A DNA stretch of 64,000 nt, taken from assembly GCA_951406725.2 (NCBI GenBank), contig OX597814.1:68138001-68202000 (forward strand), given 5' to 3'. The notes under the pieces were generated by a model that searched no databases, was not told the origin of the DNA, and saw only the letters and a list, made by a program, of their open reading frames with translations. The stretch is from Octopus vulgaris. Lineage: Eukaryota. Position numbers and translations under genes: made by a program. Below, piece by piece: positions 29,330 to 42,649 of this stretch; positions within the stretch are counted from its first letter, which is position 1, and each line of letters starts with the position of its first letter.

Positions 29330-31295
29330 CAAAACTAAAAAAAATACAAAATACTTAGCTACTTATCATCAGACGAATGGAAAGAAATTTGCGTGATTTC
29401 TTGTGAAATTTATGATAGACTGGTATTAGAATATTTAAGCAATGATAGACTATATTCTGAAGTGACAGATACAAACGCTATCAGGATTGAGGACCGAATG
29501 AACAACGCATAGAATGATATTTGTAGACGGAGACAACTATATAGCAAATACAAGAACAACTTCATCACAACGAACAGTAGATTATCCAGATTCTATCACC
29601 TCATTAAAACACACAAGGATAGCAATGTGATCCAGTTTAGACTCATCGTCTCCAGCGTGGAACGACCTCTATATAGAATATTCTGGCTCCTTTCCCACAT
29701 CCTGAAACCCATACTCTCCAACTTTCATGGACGCATCAAGAACCCCGACGAAGCTATGACCAAAAAACTGTGCCAATTGCCCCCAGACCAACTCAGACAA
29801 CACAGATCTGCCTTTAGTCTTTACGTTGTCTCAATGTACATAACGGCGGCAGCACACTCGGCGTCATCTCCTGCTTCGGACTCGCCGCAGCTGATATACA
29901 TCAGCTATTTTCCATCATCCTGGACAACTACTTCTCTTTCCATAATCACACATAAAAACAGACAACAGGTCTCCCCATGTGATCTAGTCTCTCGGGCTTA
30001 CGATCCATCACTGATATAAACCATCTGGAACGTCGAGTACACAACATCTACCTCTCATGTGCCTTCTTCGCCAAGTACGTAGATGACATCCTCATACTCA
30101 CATCGTCCCATGAAAAGGCAGACCGAATATTCACGATGTTGAACAACATGGACATGAACATACGGTTCACTATAGAACAACACTGGATCCCTATCGCTGC
30201 TCGACTTCCAACTGAAAATAACGGAAGGAGAGATCCACATCGAGTTGTACAGGAATGCAGCCAGTAGAGATATGTTTGTTCTCTACAATTCAGCCCTTCA
30301 GTTAGGTGCCAAAATAGGATACGCCAGAAATGAACTTACACACATCGAGAGCAAGTACAAAAGGACAGAGGACAAGGTGATTCCCACCACACGCTTCCTA
30401 GAGGTAAATCGGTTTAGGTACCGAAGACGACAAACACGCCGATCACGCAGAAAACCCGGCAACACATGCTTCCTTAAAATACCCCATCCGAAGAGCCATA
30501 AGAAGAGTAGAATTAAACGTACAACTCCGGCCCCTGTCTAAGAAAACACCTAACAAAGAAACGAGCAAGGGACAGCAATCAATGCACACTAGCTTACAGC
30601 TCCATCCGTGACACAGATTAATGCCAACGAGTAAATGTTGTATATAGAATACAATGTAATAAATACAAGTTATAGTGGGTAGCACAACAAGACCGTTATA
30701 CATTCGCATCAAAGAACATCTAAACACGAGAGCCTCCTCCTTCAGAAAACATCTAGACAGATGACAGAACACCGATAAAAGCATAACAATCACAATTAAG
30801 GCTAATGACCGAAATTTGAGAAATCTAAGAATAAAGAAAGCTATCCTCATAAACAGACTAGGGCCTCAAATTAACAATAGGCAGGAAATTAACAAACAAT
30901 ATATTATTTAGTTACAACTGGATTCATGTAAGTTCATTTCTGGTAACATGCTCATGTATTATAAAAAAAACTGCACTATAATACATATCTTAGAAGCAGG
31001 TCTGCAGATATGCCATCATACACAAGCTTGAGTCATAGCCGCTCTCACGCACTTCTCATGAGGAATTCCGGAAGGAGCTTCGTGAGACCACTGCAGAGAA
31101 TCTTCCGGAAAAGAAAAAGAATCAGTAACTGTTGGAAAATCGATTATAGAGGTGACTCAATCAATTCCTAGCGATATCTGAAGAAGGAATTTTCATATTC
31201 CGAGATATTATATCATGTCAGACTATGAATAATCAAATTATAACAGTTATTATTGTCCACTCTGCATTGTTGTACCATTCAAGACACGTTATATG
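29330..31295 (+). mobile_element. Degenerate Penelope-like element (RT plus GIY-YIG)
   Basis: SRFYHLIKTHK..FRLIVSS...LSHILKP; FAKYVDDIL; VVYRIQC...TTRPLYIRIKEHL...LRIKKAILI. Confidence 0.8.
31173..31219 (+). ncRNA. Candidate minimal hammerhead ribozyme (GAAA>GAGA in this copy)
   Basis: GATAT-CTGAAGA-a-GGAAT tttcat ATTCC-GAGA-TATtATA-TC-ATGTC in the PLE 3' region. Confidence 0.6.
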
Positions 31296-31337
31296 TCTCA
31301 CACACACACACACATACACACGCACACATACACACAC

Positions 31338-31384
<47 letters not shown>

Positions 31385-31387
<3 letters not shown>

Positions 31388-31914
31388 TAAAGTATGATTA
31401 TAAAAATATAATTATAATTAAGGTCGTTGGAGGGACAACACCTGTTCTTTAGGGATGACGTCAAACTAGTACAAACCACGTAAGTTAGCACTCCGTTTAA
31501 CACAAGGCTGTATGCGATGGAAATGGACAGAAAGGATTTATAAAAATATTGTTGATAAACGAGTGTATCATCATGAGTATATATATGTATTTCTCATTTA
31601 TTTATAGTCGGTGCATCCTACTGATAGTTGTAAAGCAATTTTAATATTGCAGAATACGAAATCTTAAGATATAGGATTTTTATAAATCTTTTTCTCTCCA
31701 TTTCCCTCGCATACAGCCTTGTGTTAAAAGGAATACTAACTTAAGTGGTCTGCAGTCGTTTAACGTCTATTTCTAGCGTACAGGCACTGTCACCTCCCTA
31801 GCGCCCTTAATTATAATTATATTTTTATTATTATTCTTTAAATATTAATTTAACCCATATGGTTTTTTTGTACACTGGCCACTGATAAATCATTAATTAA
31901 TGACTTTATTGTAA
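31385..31914 (+). mobile_element. pLTR-like repeat with old diverged inverted arm; second family member at ~35620-36100
   Basis: ~31405-31548 is an imperfect inverted copy of ~31678-31822; 31560-31910 aligns with 35750-36095. Confidence 0.7.
31615..31677 (+). ncRNA. Degenerate hammerhead motif
   Basis: ATCCTA-CTGATAG...GAAA-TCTTAAGA-TA-TAGGAT; perfect helix I, palindromic helix III, damaged core. Confidence 0.5.
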
Positions 31915-32345
31915 TCTATATATATAAAACTTAGAATGTGTGTCTGTCTGTGTGAACCCCTAAAGCTTAAGAACTACACAACCTATTTCATTCAAATTTT
32001 ACACATGCCTTACTTAGGGTCTAGGGAGTGTCACGGGCAAAAACATTTTAAACTTTTTGACAAGGGCGAGCCCACAGCAATATCATATCATCTCCACTAT
32101 TTCAGTATTACGTGTTAAAAGTGAAACAAAAACATCTCTCTATTGTAATGTCAGATACTTTCACTTTAATACTGAAACTATTAAAGTCAAACTATTATAT
32201 AAGAGGGATGAACCATTAACAGTGGGCATCCATTTTGCTAGAATGAGATCCGCTATGGTCTTATATGCTACACCACTGCTTTTCAATTCATATTAATCAA
32301 ATTCATATTCAATTTCTCACCCTTATTATTTTAAATTTAAATTTA
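31915..32345 (+). mobile_element. Helitron-like non-autonomous element, 5' part
   Basis: A|TCTATATATATAAAA followed by (tgtc)-type repeat and ...atttcattcaaattttacaca, like the 5' end of the element at 5416-6214. Confidence 0.5.
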
Positions 32346-32482
32346 AACCGAGGACCATGTGTTTTGGAACGAAGTTTGTTACCATACAGCCACACCTGCA
32401 CCTATGTATGTGTGTTTGTGTGTGTATGTGAGTATAGCTGTATATGTATACATTTATTTCTATACATGTAGATGTGTATGTG

Positions 32483-32526
<44 letters not shown>

Positions 32527-32744
32527 TAGATATACATATATGTACACATATATATTGACATACATACATGCATACATATATACACCCATACACACATACA
32601 CACATACACACACACACATAGATAGGTGCAGGTGTGGTAACAAACTTCGTTCCAAAACACATGGTTCTGGGTTCAGTTCCACTGTGTGGGGACTTGGCAT
32701 GTGTCTTCTGCTATAGCCTCAGACCAACCAAAGTCATGTCACTG

Positions 32745-32975
32745 GATTTTGTAGACAGAAACTGAAAGAAATCAATCGTATATATATGTATGTATATATG
32801 TAAGTATGTGTGTGTTTCTCCCTCATCACCGCTTCACAACTGGTGTTCGTTTATTTATATCCCCATAACTTATTGGTTTCACAAGAAAAAACTGATAAAA
32901 TAAGTACCAGGCTTATCAAAATAAAAAAACCCACTAGGCAGTATCTCCTATTTTTGTTTGCCCACACAATTTACA

Positions 32976-33011
<36 letters not shown>

Positions 33012-33012
33012 T

Positions 33013-33044
<32 letters not shown>

Positions 33045-33314
33045 GGATTTCGTAGATAAAAACTGAAAGAAATCAATCGTATATATATATATATGTATAT
33101 ATTCAAGTGTGTGTGTGTGACTTAGTTTCTGTATCACTGCTTCACAACTGGTGTTCGTTTATTTATATCCCCATAACTTATTGGTTTCACAAGAAAAAAC
33201 TGATAGAATAAGTACCAGGCTTATCAAAATAAAAAAACCCCACTAGGCAGTATCTCCTATTTTTGTTTGCCCACACAATTTACATTTGTGTGTGTGTGTG
33301 TGTGTGTTTGTATA

Positions 33315-33372
<58 letters not shown>

Positions 33373-33600
33373 ATTTCGTAGATAAAAACTGAAAGAAATC
33401 ATTCATATATATATATATATGTATATATTCAAGTGCATGTGTGTGACTTAGTTTCTGTATCACTGCTTCGCAACTGATGTTCGTTTATTTACATCCCCAA
33501 AACTTACTGGTTTCACAAGAAGAAACTTATAGAATAAGTCCCAGGCTTATCAACATAAAAAAGCACTACGCTGTGTCTCATATTTTTGTTTGCCCACTCA
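32745..33600 (+). repeat. Tandem triplication (~300-325-bp unit) of SINE pieces plus microsatellite
   Basis: ggattt.gtaga.a.aaactgaaagaaatc at ~32745, ~33045, ~33371, each followed by ...aataagt.ccaggcttatcaa...tgtttgcccac. Confidence 0.85.
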
Positions 33601-33848
33601 GTTGTATCTATCAATTTATCTTTGTATGTGTATATATATATATATGTATATATATGTCGTGGAAAATAGCGATTTTGACGTCTATATCTAGCATGTTGAC
33701 CGTCCACTATTAGTGGTCAGTCCATTAAATTTTGTATGTAAAAATATTTTAATCTTCGGATTTTTTTAATATGCTAGGCCACTGGTTTTAATTGATTAAA
33801 ATCAATGTCTACCCTTATCAAATTATATATATATATATACACGCGCAC

Positions 33849-33947
<99 letters not shown>

Positions 33948-33969
33948 AATGTATATGTGTACATTCATA

Positions 33970-35611
33970 TTTATTATACCAAAGACAATATCTTTATGTG
34001 TTCGTGTATTACTTATACATTTGAAAACTGCTGCACCGATCATAATGAAATTTGGAACAAAAAATCTTAGGGAGAAGGATAATGCTGTGTGTTTCATACA
34101 TTTTCATGGACCAAAATTGCTGAATGGATCCTTATGATATTTGAAACTTAGATTCAATGCATAAGGGCGGGTATAATGCAATATGTTTGGTTTGAATTTC
34201 AGATGGCTTAAAGGGGGCAGAACCCCCCTCGAAAATTTATAAATATTCGATGTTGATAAAATTTCAACCATGGGTAATTAACACACATCAAGAAGTATTC
34301 TCAAAGTTTCCACTTCACATGAATATTCTAAGACACCCTAATGGGGGCCTTAACTACCAAATTTTAGTCATTTCTTTTATGATCCAAAACTAAGTCAAAA
34401 GTACCGAATAGATCTTTACGAAATTTGGAAATTATATTCTATGCATAAGGGCCACAACCCCTATGACAATTCATATATTGTTGCTGTTGAAATTTTTACC
34501 ATAGATATTAGACCCAAATGAAGTAATATTTATAAAATTTCATCTTCTTACAAGTTAGAAAGACCCCTTCATGGGGACTTAACACCCACAATTTTGTCAT
34601 TTTATCTAAGCAAAGACGAATAGTTATACTCTTGGAAGCTATGGGGTCATCCGAGCATAGAACATGAGCATTATTTGTAATTCAGTGGTACAACAGTGTA
34701 AGAGCTTGCTTTGACATACACTTAGATTGTGATTTCTGCAATGTGCTGCATAAATTGTCAAGTAAATGAGAGGCATTTTTGCTTTCACTGATTCAGTTGC
34801 AAAGTGTTGAGTAAAGTTATTTGATTGCAGATCTCCTTTCAGTCTTTTTATTATTACTGGGTCACATAGTCCTCACATGGTAACATTGATTTCAAGGCCT
34901 TCCCAGATGAGTGACTTGTTATTCAAAGACAGTTATAGATTGTATATTTATTCTGTCCAGTTACGTATCAGTATAAGGATCATTTGCTAACTCCAACTTT
35001 CATTTCTCCTTAGCCCTCGCGTCACACAGTTATTAATGTTTATTTCAGTTGGGTCACGCCCTTCAATTGCTATAGATTCGTAATGCATCTTACGGCTGTG
35101 CCTGTCACATACATGGTGAGGAATACTACATTGGGAGTGGTAACGACTAGGGTACTGTAGCTGACTGCTTATTGTGATCACTCGTCCTTTGGTTTCCTGT
35201 AGCTTTGTTCTCTTTTACAAACCCAGTGAACATATATTTCCTATTTCAAAGAAATTCAAACAATAGATCCAAGTTAAAAATATTCTCAACAATTCAACTT
35301 CTCTGGTTGACATTAAGATGCCCACCCTCAATACATTTTAGAGCTCCATGACCTCCATTTTTCAGGAGCAAAATACTTTTAACAGTTTGTATAAGACTGG
35401 AATTTTGGAATATGCGCATAAAAATCAACAGTAAGTGATACATGTGGCACGATTACAATTTTGTTTGGGTGTGTAAAGAGGGAAATAACCCTCATCTGCA
35501 ATTTTGATGAAATTCGAAACATAGGTATTCCAGTTCCTTACACGAAATGTAACAGAAAAGTCTAATTCTTCAATTGTATGTAACTCGGGCAACGCCGGGC
35601 AACACTGCTAG
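33970..35611 (+). mobile_element. Non-autonomous Helitron-like element
   Basis: 3' end ctcgggcaacgccgggc hairpin ...CTAG|T at 35608-35611; 5' boundary approximate. Confidence 0.6.
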
Positions 35612-35792
35612 TTAAGTATAAATACATATTTATTCACTCCACAAACAAATTTACTGCGGAATTATTCTGAATAAATAGGTACATGGCTGAAATGGACGAG
35701 GAAGTTTTAACTAATATGTATGAAATACATGTATATATTCGTATTTGTACGAGTGTATCCCTATGGGTCTCTCATTTATTTACAGTCGGTGT

Positions 35793-35855
35793 ACCCTACG
35801 GATGATTGTTAAGCAATTTTAATTTTGCAAAACATGAAATCTTAAGATATAGAGT
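35793..35855 (+). ncRNA. Degenerate hammerhead motif (paralogue of 31615-31677)
   Basis: acccta-CGGATGA-t-TGTT...AACA-t-GAAA-TCTTAAGA-TA-tagagt; the two copies together imply an ancestral CTGATGA. Confidence 0.5.
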
Positions 35856-36112
35856 TGTCCACAATATTTTCATGAATCCTTTCTGTCCATTTCCCCCGCA
35901 TACAGCTTTTGTTAAACGGAGTGCTACCTTAACTGCTTTGTAGTTGTTTGACGTCTATTTCTAGCGTGTAGGTGCTGTCCCACCAACACCCTTAATTATA
36001 ATTGTATTTTTACAATTATACTTCAAATATTAATTTAACCCATACGGTTTTTTGTACGCTGGCCACTGATAAATCATTGATTAATGACTTTATCCTAATT
36101 ATATATGTATGC

Positions 36113-36144
<32 letters not shown>

Positions 36145-36149
<5 letters not shown>

Positions 36150-36288
36150 AAAAAGGTCGCCATAATTTTGGAAAATAATCTCTTTATTTATTCATTATTA
36201 TTAACGCCTTCGTTCGTTTCGCGAAAGCGCTAATAATAATGAATGAATAAAAATACTTTTTCCAAAATTCTGGCGACCTTTTTTCTCA
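36145..36288. repeat. Imperfect fold-back hairpin
   Basis: tgagaaaaaaggtcgcca.aattttggaaaa... / ...ttttccaaaatt.tggcgaccttttttctca. Confidence 0.9.
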
Positions 36289-36329
36289 GTATTCAATATC
36301 TGCACACCAAACCTAACACTCAATACATA

Positions 36330-37619
36330 CGAGGGGCGTTCAATAAGTAATGCCCCGGACCCACTTCCCATATCAGTAGAGCAACGAAACTTGGCACAGT
36401 TATTAGTCTTTTTCTACATAGGAACCACCCAGAGTTACACATTTCTCCCATCATTTGATGCAGCTCTGGAGACCGTTTTTGTAGAAGATCCCAGCTTGGT
36501 CCTCCAACCTGAACGTGATTTCAGATATCAAGGCTGCATCACCTGGGAAACGCTTTCCTTTCAAAAACAACTTCATGACTGGGAAGAGAGGAAAATCAGA
36601 GGGTGCAAGGTCAGGAAAGTAGGGGGATGGGGGAGGAGTTCATAGCCATACACCTGTGCTTCTGATCTGGCGACAAGCGAGTTGTGGACCGGAGCGTTGT
36701 CCTGCAGGAGGAGGATGTCTTTGCTGATCTTGCCCCGCCTCTTGATTTTGATAACTTCTCTTAATTTCCTCAAAAGTGAAGCATAATAGGCTCCTGCAAT
36801 TGTCGTACCCTTTGCCAGGAAATCTGTCATCACTACTCCGTCCTGGTCCCAGAAGACTGTGAGCATGACCTTGCCAGCGGAGGGCTGCACCCTTGCCTTC
36901 TTTGGAGGGGGTGAGTCACGGTGCTTCCACTGCATTGACTGGGCTTTGGTCTCTGGATCATCGTGATGGACCCAGGTTTCATCCTGTGTAATCAGTCTTT
37001 TGAAAAATTTTGACTCATCTTCTTGGCACATCTCCAAATTCACCCTCGAGCACTCGACGCGTTCTTGCTTCTGGAAAGGCGTGAGCAACCTGGGAATCCA
37101 TCTGGCAGACACCTTTTGCATATGCAAATGGTCATGAATGATAGTTTCCACAGACCCGGTACTAATCTTGACCTCATGGGCTATTTGGCGAATAATTATG
37201 CGTCGATCTTCCAAAATGGCAGCCTCAACTTGACGGACAGATGCCTCATCAATGGCAGAAGGGGCGACCAGATCTGGGAGCTGTTTGCACAGAGTTCCGA
37301 CCATGTTTGAATTCAGGATGCCAGCGTTTTACAAGGTCATATGATGGGGCATCATCACCATAAGTTACTTTCATTTCATCAAAAGTCTCCCGTGGTGTGC
37401 GTCCTTTCAAATACAAAAACCGGATCACTGCTCGACACTCAACAGTCTCCATTTCACACTTGACTCGGTTCAAACACCTGTAAATCGGAAACCACAATTA
37501 ATTCAGAGCTGTAATTTTCCACTTACTCTATAGAGATATAAATGATTGCACATGCAAAATTGCAGCTAGGTCCAACAACTGCAAGTGGATCAGAGGCATT
37601 ACTTATTGAACGTCCCTCG
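36330..37619 (-). mobile_element. Full-length mariner (DD34D) transposon, 1290 bp
   Basis: TIRs CGAGGGGCGTTCAATAAGTAATGCC / GGCATTACTTATTGAACGTCCCTCG with TA duplication. Confidence 0.95.
36403..37452 (-). pseudogene. Mariner transposase pseudogene (two frameshifts, one stop)
   Basis: METVECRAVIRFL...PRSGRP / SARWIPRLL...TQDETW...SAGKVMLTVFWD...LLQDNAPVH / PYFPDLAPSDF...*WEKCV..GGSYVEKD. Confidence 0.92.
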
Positions 37620-38609
37620 TACGTACATACATACATACATACATACATACATACATAGGTACATACATACATACATACATAATAAATAAATGCGCACTTT
37701 TAAAGCCTAGCTAGGCTCATGGGCCCGGTTTCCCGGTTTCAATGGCATATGTGTTATGCAGCTGGACGGGACGCCAGTCCATCGCAGCGTTACTCATTTT
37801 TGCCAGGTGAGTGAACTGGAGCAACGTGAAATGAAGTGTTTTGCTCAAACACAATATACATATATATATATATATTGCCGTAGATGTTGCTATGTGGTAA
37901 GAAGCTTGCTTCCCACCACATCGTTCCGGGTTCAGTCCCTATTTGTAGCACCTTGAGCAAGTGTCTTCCACTATAGCCTCGGGCCAGCCCGAGTCTTGTG
38001 AATGGAATTCGTAGATTGAAACTGAAAGAAGTCCATCATATCTGTGTATATATATATATCAATGTCTTTCTATCTGTATTCGTCTCCCCGCTAACGCTTG
38101 ACAACCAGTGTTAGTGTGTTTACGTCCCCATAAATCAGCATTTCAGCAAAAGAGACGGGTCGAATAAGTACCAGGCTTATAAAATGTAAATACTTGGGTC
38201 GATACATTCGACTAAAAATTCTCAAAAGGATGCCCCAGCACGGCCGTAATTAAAAGATAAAGATATATATAAATATTCCGAAGATGGATTAGCTGGCCGA
38301 AGTCACTATCAATGTTCTTGTTTAAGAATTTGTAGTCTACAATAGTATAGAGTAAGCCTTCAGATTAACGTAACATTGTATCTATTATGACTAAACATAA
38401 AAACAAACAATATATTATTTTACTTGTTTCAGTCATTGAACTGCGGCCATACTGGAGCACCGCCTTAATGGCTCAAGTCGAAAAAATTGATCCCAGGACT
38501 GTTTAAAGACAGTACTTATTCTATCGTTCTTTTTACCGAACCACTAAGTAACGGGGACGTAAACACACGAACACTGGTTGTCAAACGGTGAGGGGGAACA
38601 AACAGACAC

Positions 38610-38775
<166 letters not shown>

Positions 38776-39115
38776 ATACATATATATATCCATATATATG
38801 TTTATATATTGACGTATATGTATATATTTATATTGTATATGTATTTATACGTGAGAGTAGGTATGAATATATTCGTATGTATAAGTGTATAAATATTTGC
38901 ACCTATCCTTTTAAAATTTTCTCATATTTTCTCTTAGTTTTCCTTTGCATTTTCTCCTGCGTTTTTTATTTAAATGCATACACAAATCTTAAATAACTAA
39001 CCTCTCTTATATTCGAGATTTAAACTTTGGAATTAAATCTGCACGAATCACCCAAATAGAAAACGCTTTTTCAATCACATCAAATTCCATCACCACGTTA
39101 CATAAATTGGTAAAT

Positions 39116-39178
<63 letters not shown>

Positions 39179-39438
39179 TCAAGGTGAATACTTGATAAAT
39201 TTAAGCACCTGTATATGCCAGCTAGTAGCAGAGGTGAGAGGATATATGTATATTGACTGATGATACGGTATGGACGGATTTTCGTAGTCCAATAATACCC
39301 TGCACACCTATTTGATTATGAAGATTTACAAACATAGTTTCTCAGTGAAACTCAGTATACCTACCATTATAGATAAAACCAAATGTTCCTTTTCGGACTT
39401 TTCATAATGTGATACAGGTTTTTGGTATAGCAATTGCA

Positions 39439-39532
39439 TGCGGCTGAAGAGAGCTTTAAACCATCTGTTATGTCGATTATACATTGATGTAAGAATAAGT
39501 TGTTTTATAAAGCTTGAAACATGTGTAGCGCG
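39439..39532 (+). ncRNA. Candidate type I hammerhead ribozyme with long helix II
   Basis: tgcgg-CTGAAGA-GAGCTTTA...TAAAGCTT-GAAA-C ATGT G-TA-gcgcg; ~35 nt before (TA)n; first helix I pair mismatched. Confidence 0.6.
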
Positions 39533-39563
39533 ACATCCTTTGCGTTCTGTTTTTTATTTCATT

Positions 39564-39650
<87 letters not shown>

Positions 39651-40470
39651 ACTACTCAACTATCTCTCTTTTGTCCATATCCAGATTCTTTATTCTTCTT
39701 TGTATTTTAACATACATAGCAGAGTTTTTTTACATTCAAATATAGTTCATACATACCATAGAAAATATCTTTCCTGAAAATCTACTTAGCATTATCTCAC
39801 CTCCACTATTTCTCTAATCTATGTATTTTAAATAAATTTGTTTTTCTCACCATTACTAATTTCTTCTATATATAAACAACTGCAAGTATCTTTTTATTTC
39901 TCTCTCTCTCTAAATTCCGTAATATTAACAACTTTTCCCTCTTTCTTAAGATCGAATATCTAACCATTTTATTAGCATTATTTCACTGTTATATTACTCC
40001 AATAAATTTACTTCCCTCTACCTATATAAGTATATCTAATCTATCCACACTTCCTATCCTAGGTATTTTTCTTTTAGTAAACTGTATATTTAAAAATTTT
40101 TAACCATTTTTTATTCCAAATATATTTTTTTATTGTATATCACTCATAACTGTCAATAAACATATAAATATAACTATGATATCCCATTGGATGCTTATTC
40201 TTTATATATTTCTTTATTGCCCACAAGGGGCTAAACATAGAGGAGACAAACAAAGGGATTAAGTCAACTACATCGACCCCAGTGCGTAACTGGTACTTTA
40301 TTTATCGACCCCGAAAGGATGAAAGGCAAAGTCGACCTCGGCTTATTCTTTATATGTATACATATATGCATACGGTTGTGTTTATGTGCATATGTATGCT
40401 CGTTTTTGTGCGTACGTGCATGTATGTGTATAATATGTGTGTGCACATTTTGCTTTTGTATATATATATA

Positions 40471-40838
40471 TGGTTAGGGCAGCGGACTCGCGGTCATAGG
40501 ATCGCGGTTTCGATTCCCAGACCGGGCGTTGTGAGTGTTTATTGAGCGAAAACACCTAAAAGCTCCACGAGGCTCCGGCAGGGGATGGTGGTGATCCCTG
40601 CCGTACTTTTTCACCACAACTTTCTCTCACTCTTACTTCCTGCTTCTGTTGTACCTGCATTTCAAAGGGCCGGCCTTGTCACTCTCTGTGTCACGCTGAA
40701 TATCCCCGAGAACTACGTTAAGGGTGCATGTCTGTGGAGTGCTCAGCCACTTACACGTTAATTTCACGAGCAGGCTGTTCCGTTGATTCGGATCAACCGG
40801 AACCCTCATCATAGTAACCGACGGAGTGCTTCCATTCC
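40471..40838 (+). mobile_element. tRNA-derived SINE
   Basis: ggttagggcagcggactcgcggtcataggatcgcggtttcgattcccagaccggg (anticodon arm and B-box-like head). Confidence 0.7.
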
Positions 40839-41300
40839 ATATATATATATGTATGTATGTATTTGTGTATATGTGTGTGTTTATGTGGATATGCGTATAT
40901 GTATGTATAATATGTATATATATGTATGTATGTATATATATATATGTATACGTTTTGTGTGTATATGTGACTATATCTGTGCGTGTATATATATATTTAA
41001 ATAATATATTTTATTTTTTATGATATATACTTATATGGTATGTGTTTAACAATTTTACCTGTATACATAGAGAGAGAATGCTTCTTTAACTTTTCATACT
41101 TATATTTCTAAATATCCGATAGCTAAACCAGTTTTAGTCCTTACACAACTAGACTCAACACTACATAACTATGTTATTATATTTTATATTTCATCTTTCA
41201 CATTCTTTTTATTAATGAGTTATCCGGCACAGACTAAATACAGTCTCCTGTAACAAAATATTTCTTCCACTGTTACGACTTATCTGATGTTTCCTTCATT

Positions 41301-41401
41301 TTTTGCTGACGAGAATGTTAATATATAATTACTTATAATTAATTTAATCGCTTCCATGTTTCCTACATGTTGGTGTGACCATTCGAAACGATCGTATGCA
41401 T
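41301..41401 (+). ncRNA. Candidate hammerhead motif with long helix II, weak helix I
   Basis: CTGACGA-GAATG...CATTC-GAAA-C GATC G-TA. Confidence 0.55.
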
Positions 41402-41515
41402 GGATTAAAATGTTATCAAACTTTTAACATCTCTTCTCCATCTTTAATTGTTTGTTGACTTTATATAGGACTGTGTTCTATAAATGCTCATAATACACCT
41501 TATACTTATATGGAG

Positions 41516-41810
41516 GGGGGGGCTTCAGTCATGAATAACCATGGGATTGCACCAAGAAAGTTACCCTCCCAAGCACAAGTCCGGGTAAGGTTGTTTAAGG
41601 AAGGCCAGCAGTCGCCCATGCATACCAGCCTCCCCTCTCGACACCCCTGATGTTATCCAAGGGAAAGGCAAAGGTCAATACAGCTTGGCACAAGTAATAT
41701 CACAACTCATTTCTACAGATGAGTTAACTGGAGCAACGGGAAATAAAGTATCTTGCTCAAGAACACAACACGCAGTCCGGGAAACGAACTCACGACCTCA
41801 TGTGGTGGGT
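41516..41810 (-). mobile_element. SINE (tRNA-like head)
   Basis: Minus strand gaggtcgtgagttcgtttcccgg...gtgttcttgagcaaga..ctttattt. Confidence 0.6.
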
Positions 41811-41948
41811 ACGTGATCATGAATTAAAATATATACTGAGACCAAAGCTAGCTATGCATTCATATTTAGGCGTGTTCAGAACAGGCCTAAATATGAACAC
41901 GGAACCAACTTTGGTCTCAGTATATATTTTAATTCAAGATCATGTACC
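41808..41948. repeat. Fold-back hairpin at the left end of a pLTR-like fragment
   Basis: gaattaaaatatatactgagaccaaag / ctttggtctcagtatatattttaattc; centre tgttc-a-gaaca. Confidence 0.9.
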
Positions 41949-42522
41949 TATCACTGTACATATTTCATCTCACTACGTATACAGACATGAACATGTATTT
42001 ATTTAAATTAATGTCACTTCTATACATTCTAATGTATTTACTTTATTTCAATTCTGCTTATTTTATTCTATATTTATTTTATTTTTGCTCATATATACAT
42101 TAATATATATACCTAAAGAAGCAACTTAGAAAGGAATATATTTACCAATACACATGAATATTGATGTATAAACTATAGATCCATATTTGCCGCGTGTCTG
42201 TATATATATATGCACATGCGCACCCACGTATACAACATGAGCATAGATTTTGTTTCATTTTTCTTTTCTTCCATGAACATACATTTTATTTCACTTTTAC
42301 TTTCTTTTATTCATTATATTACTTTACACTTATATACTGTATCCTATTATTTATGATTCTTCTTCTTATTATTATTATTATCATTATTATTATTGAGCTA
42401 AAATTAAAAGTAATAATTTTAACACATGCGTGCACACACAGATACATACACACAGTAAATATGGCAATATATTCTGAGTATTCCAAACGTATCATTAGGT
42501 AGTCCTTGTATTGTCCTTTGTA

Positions 42523-42628
42523 CACTCTGATGATTTTCCATACAAGGTATTAGAATGCTAAATTATATATTTATATATGCATCGCAATTTTAATTTTTTT
42601 CTTTTGTCAAATGAAACAATTGTAAGTG
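42523..42628 (+). ncRNA. Candidate type I hammerhead motif
   Basis: CACT-CTGATGA-tTTT...AAAt-GAAA-C AATT G-TA-AGTG; helix II weak. Confidence 0.6.
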
Positions 42629-42649
42629 AATATTTTAATTAATTAATTA

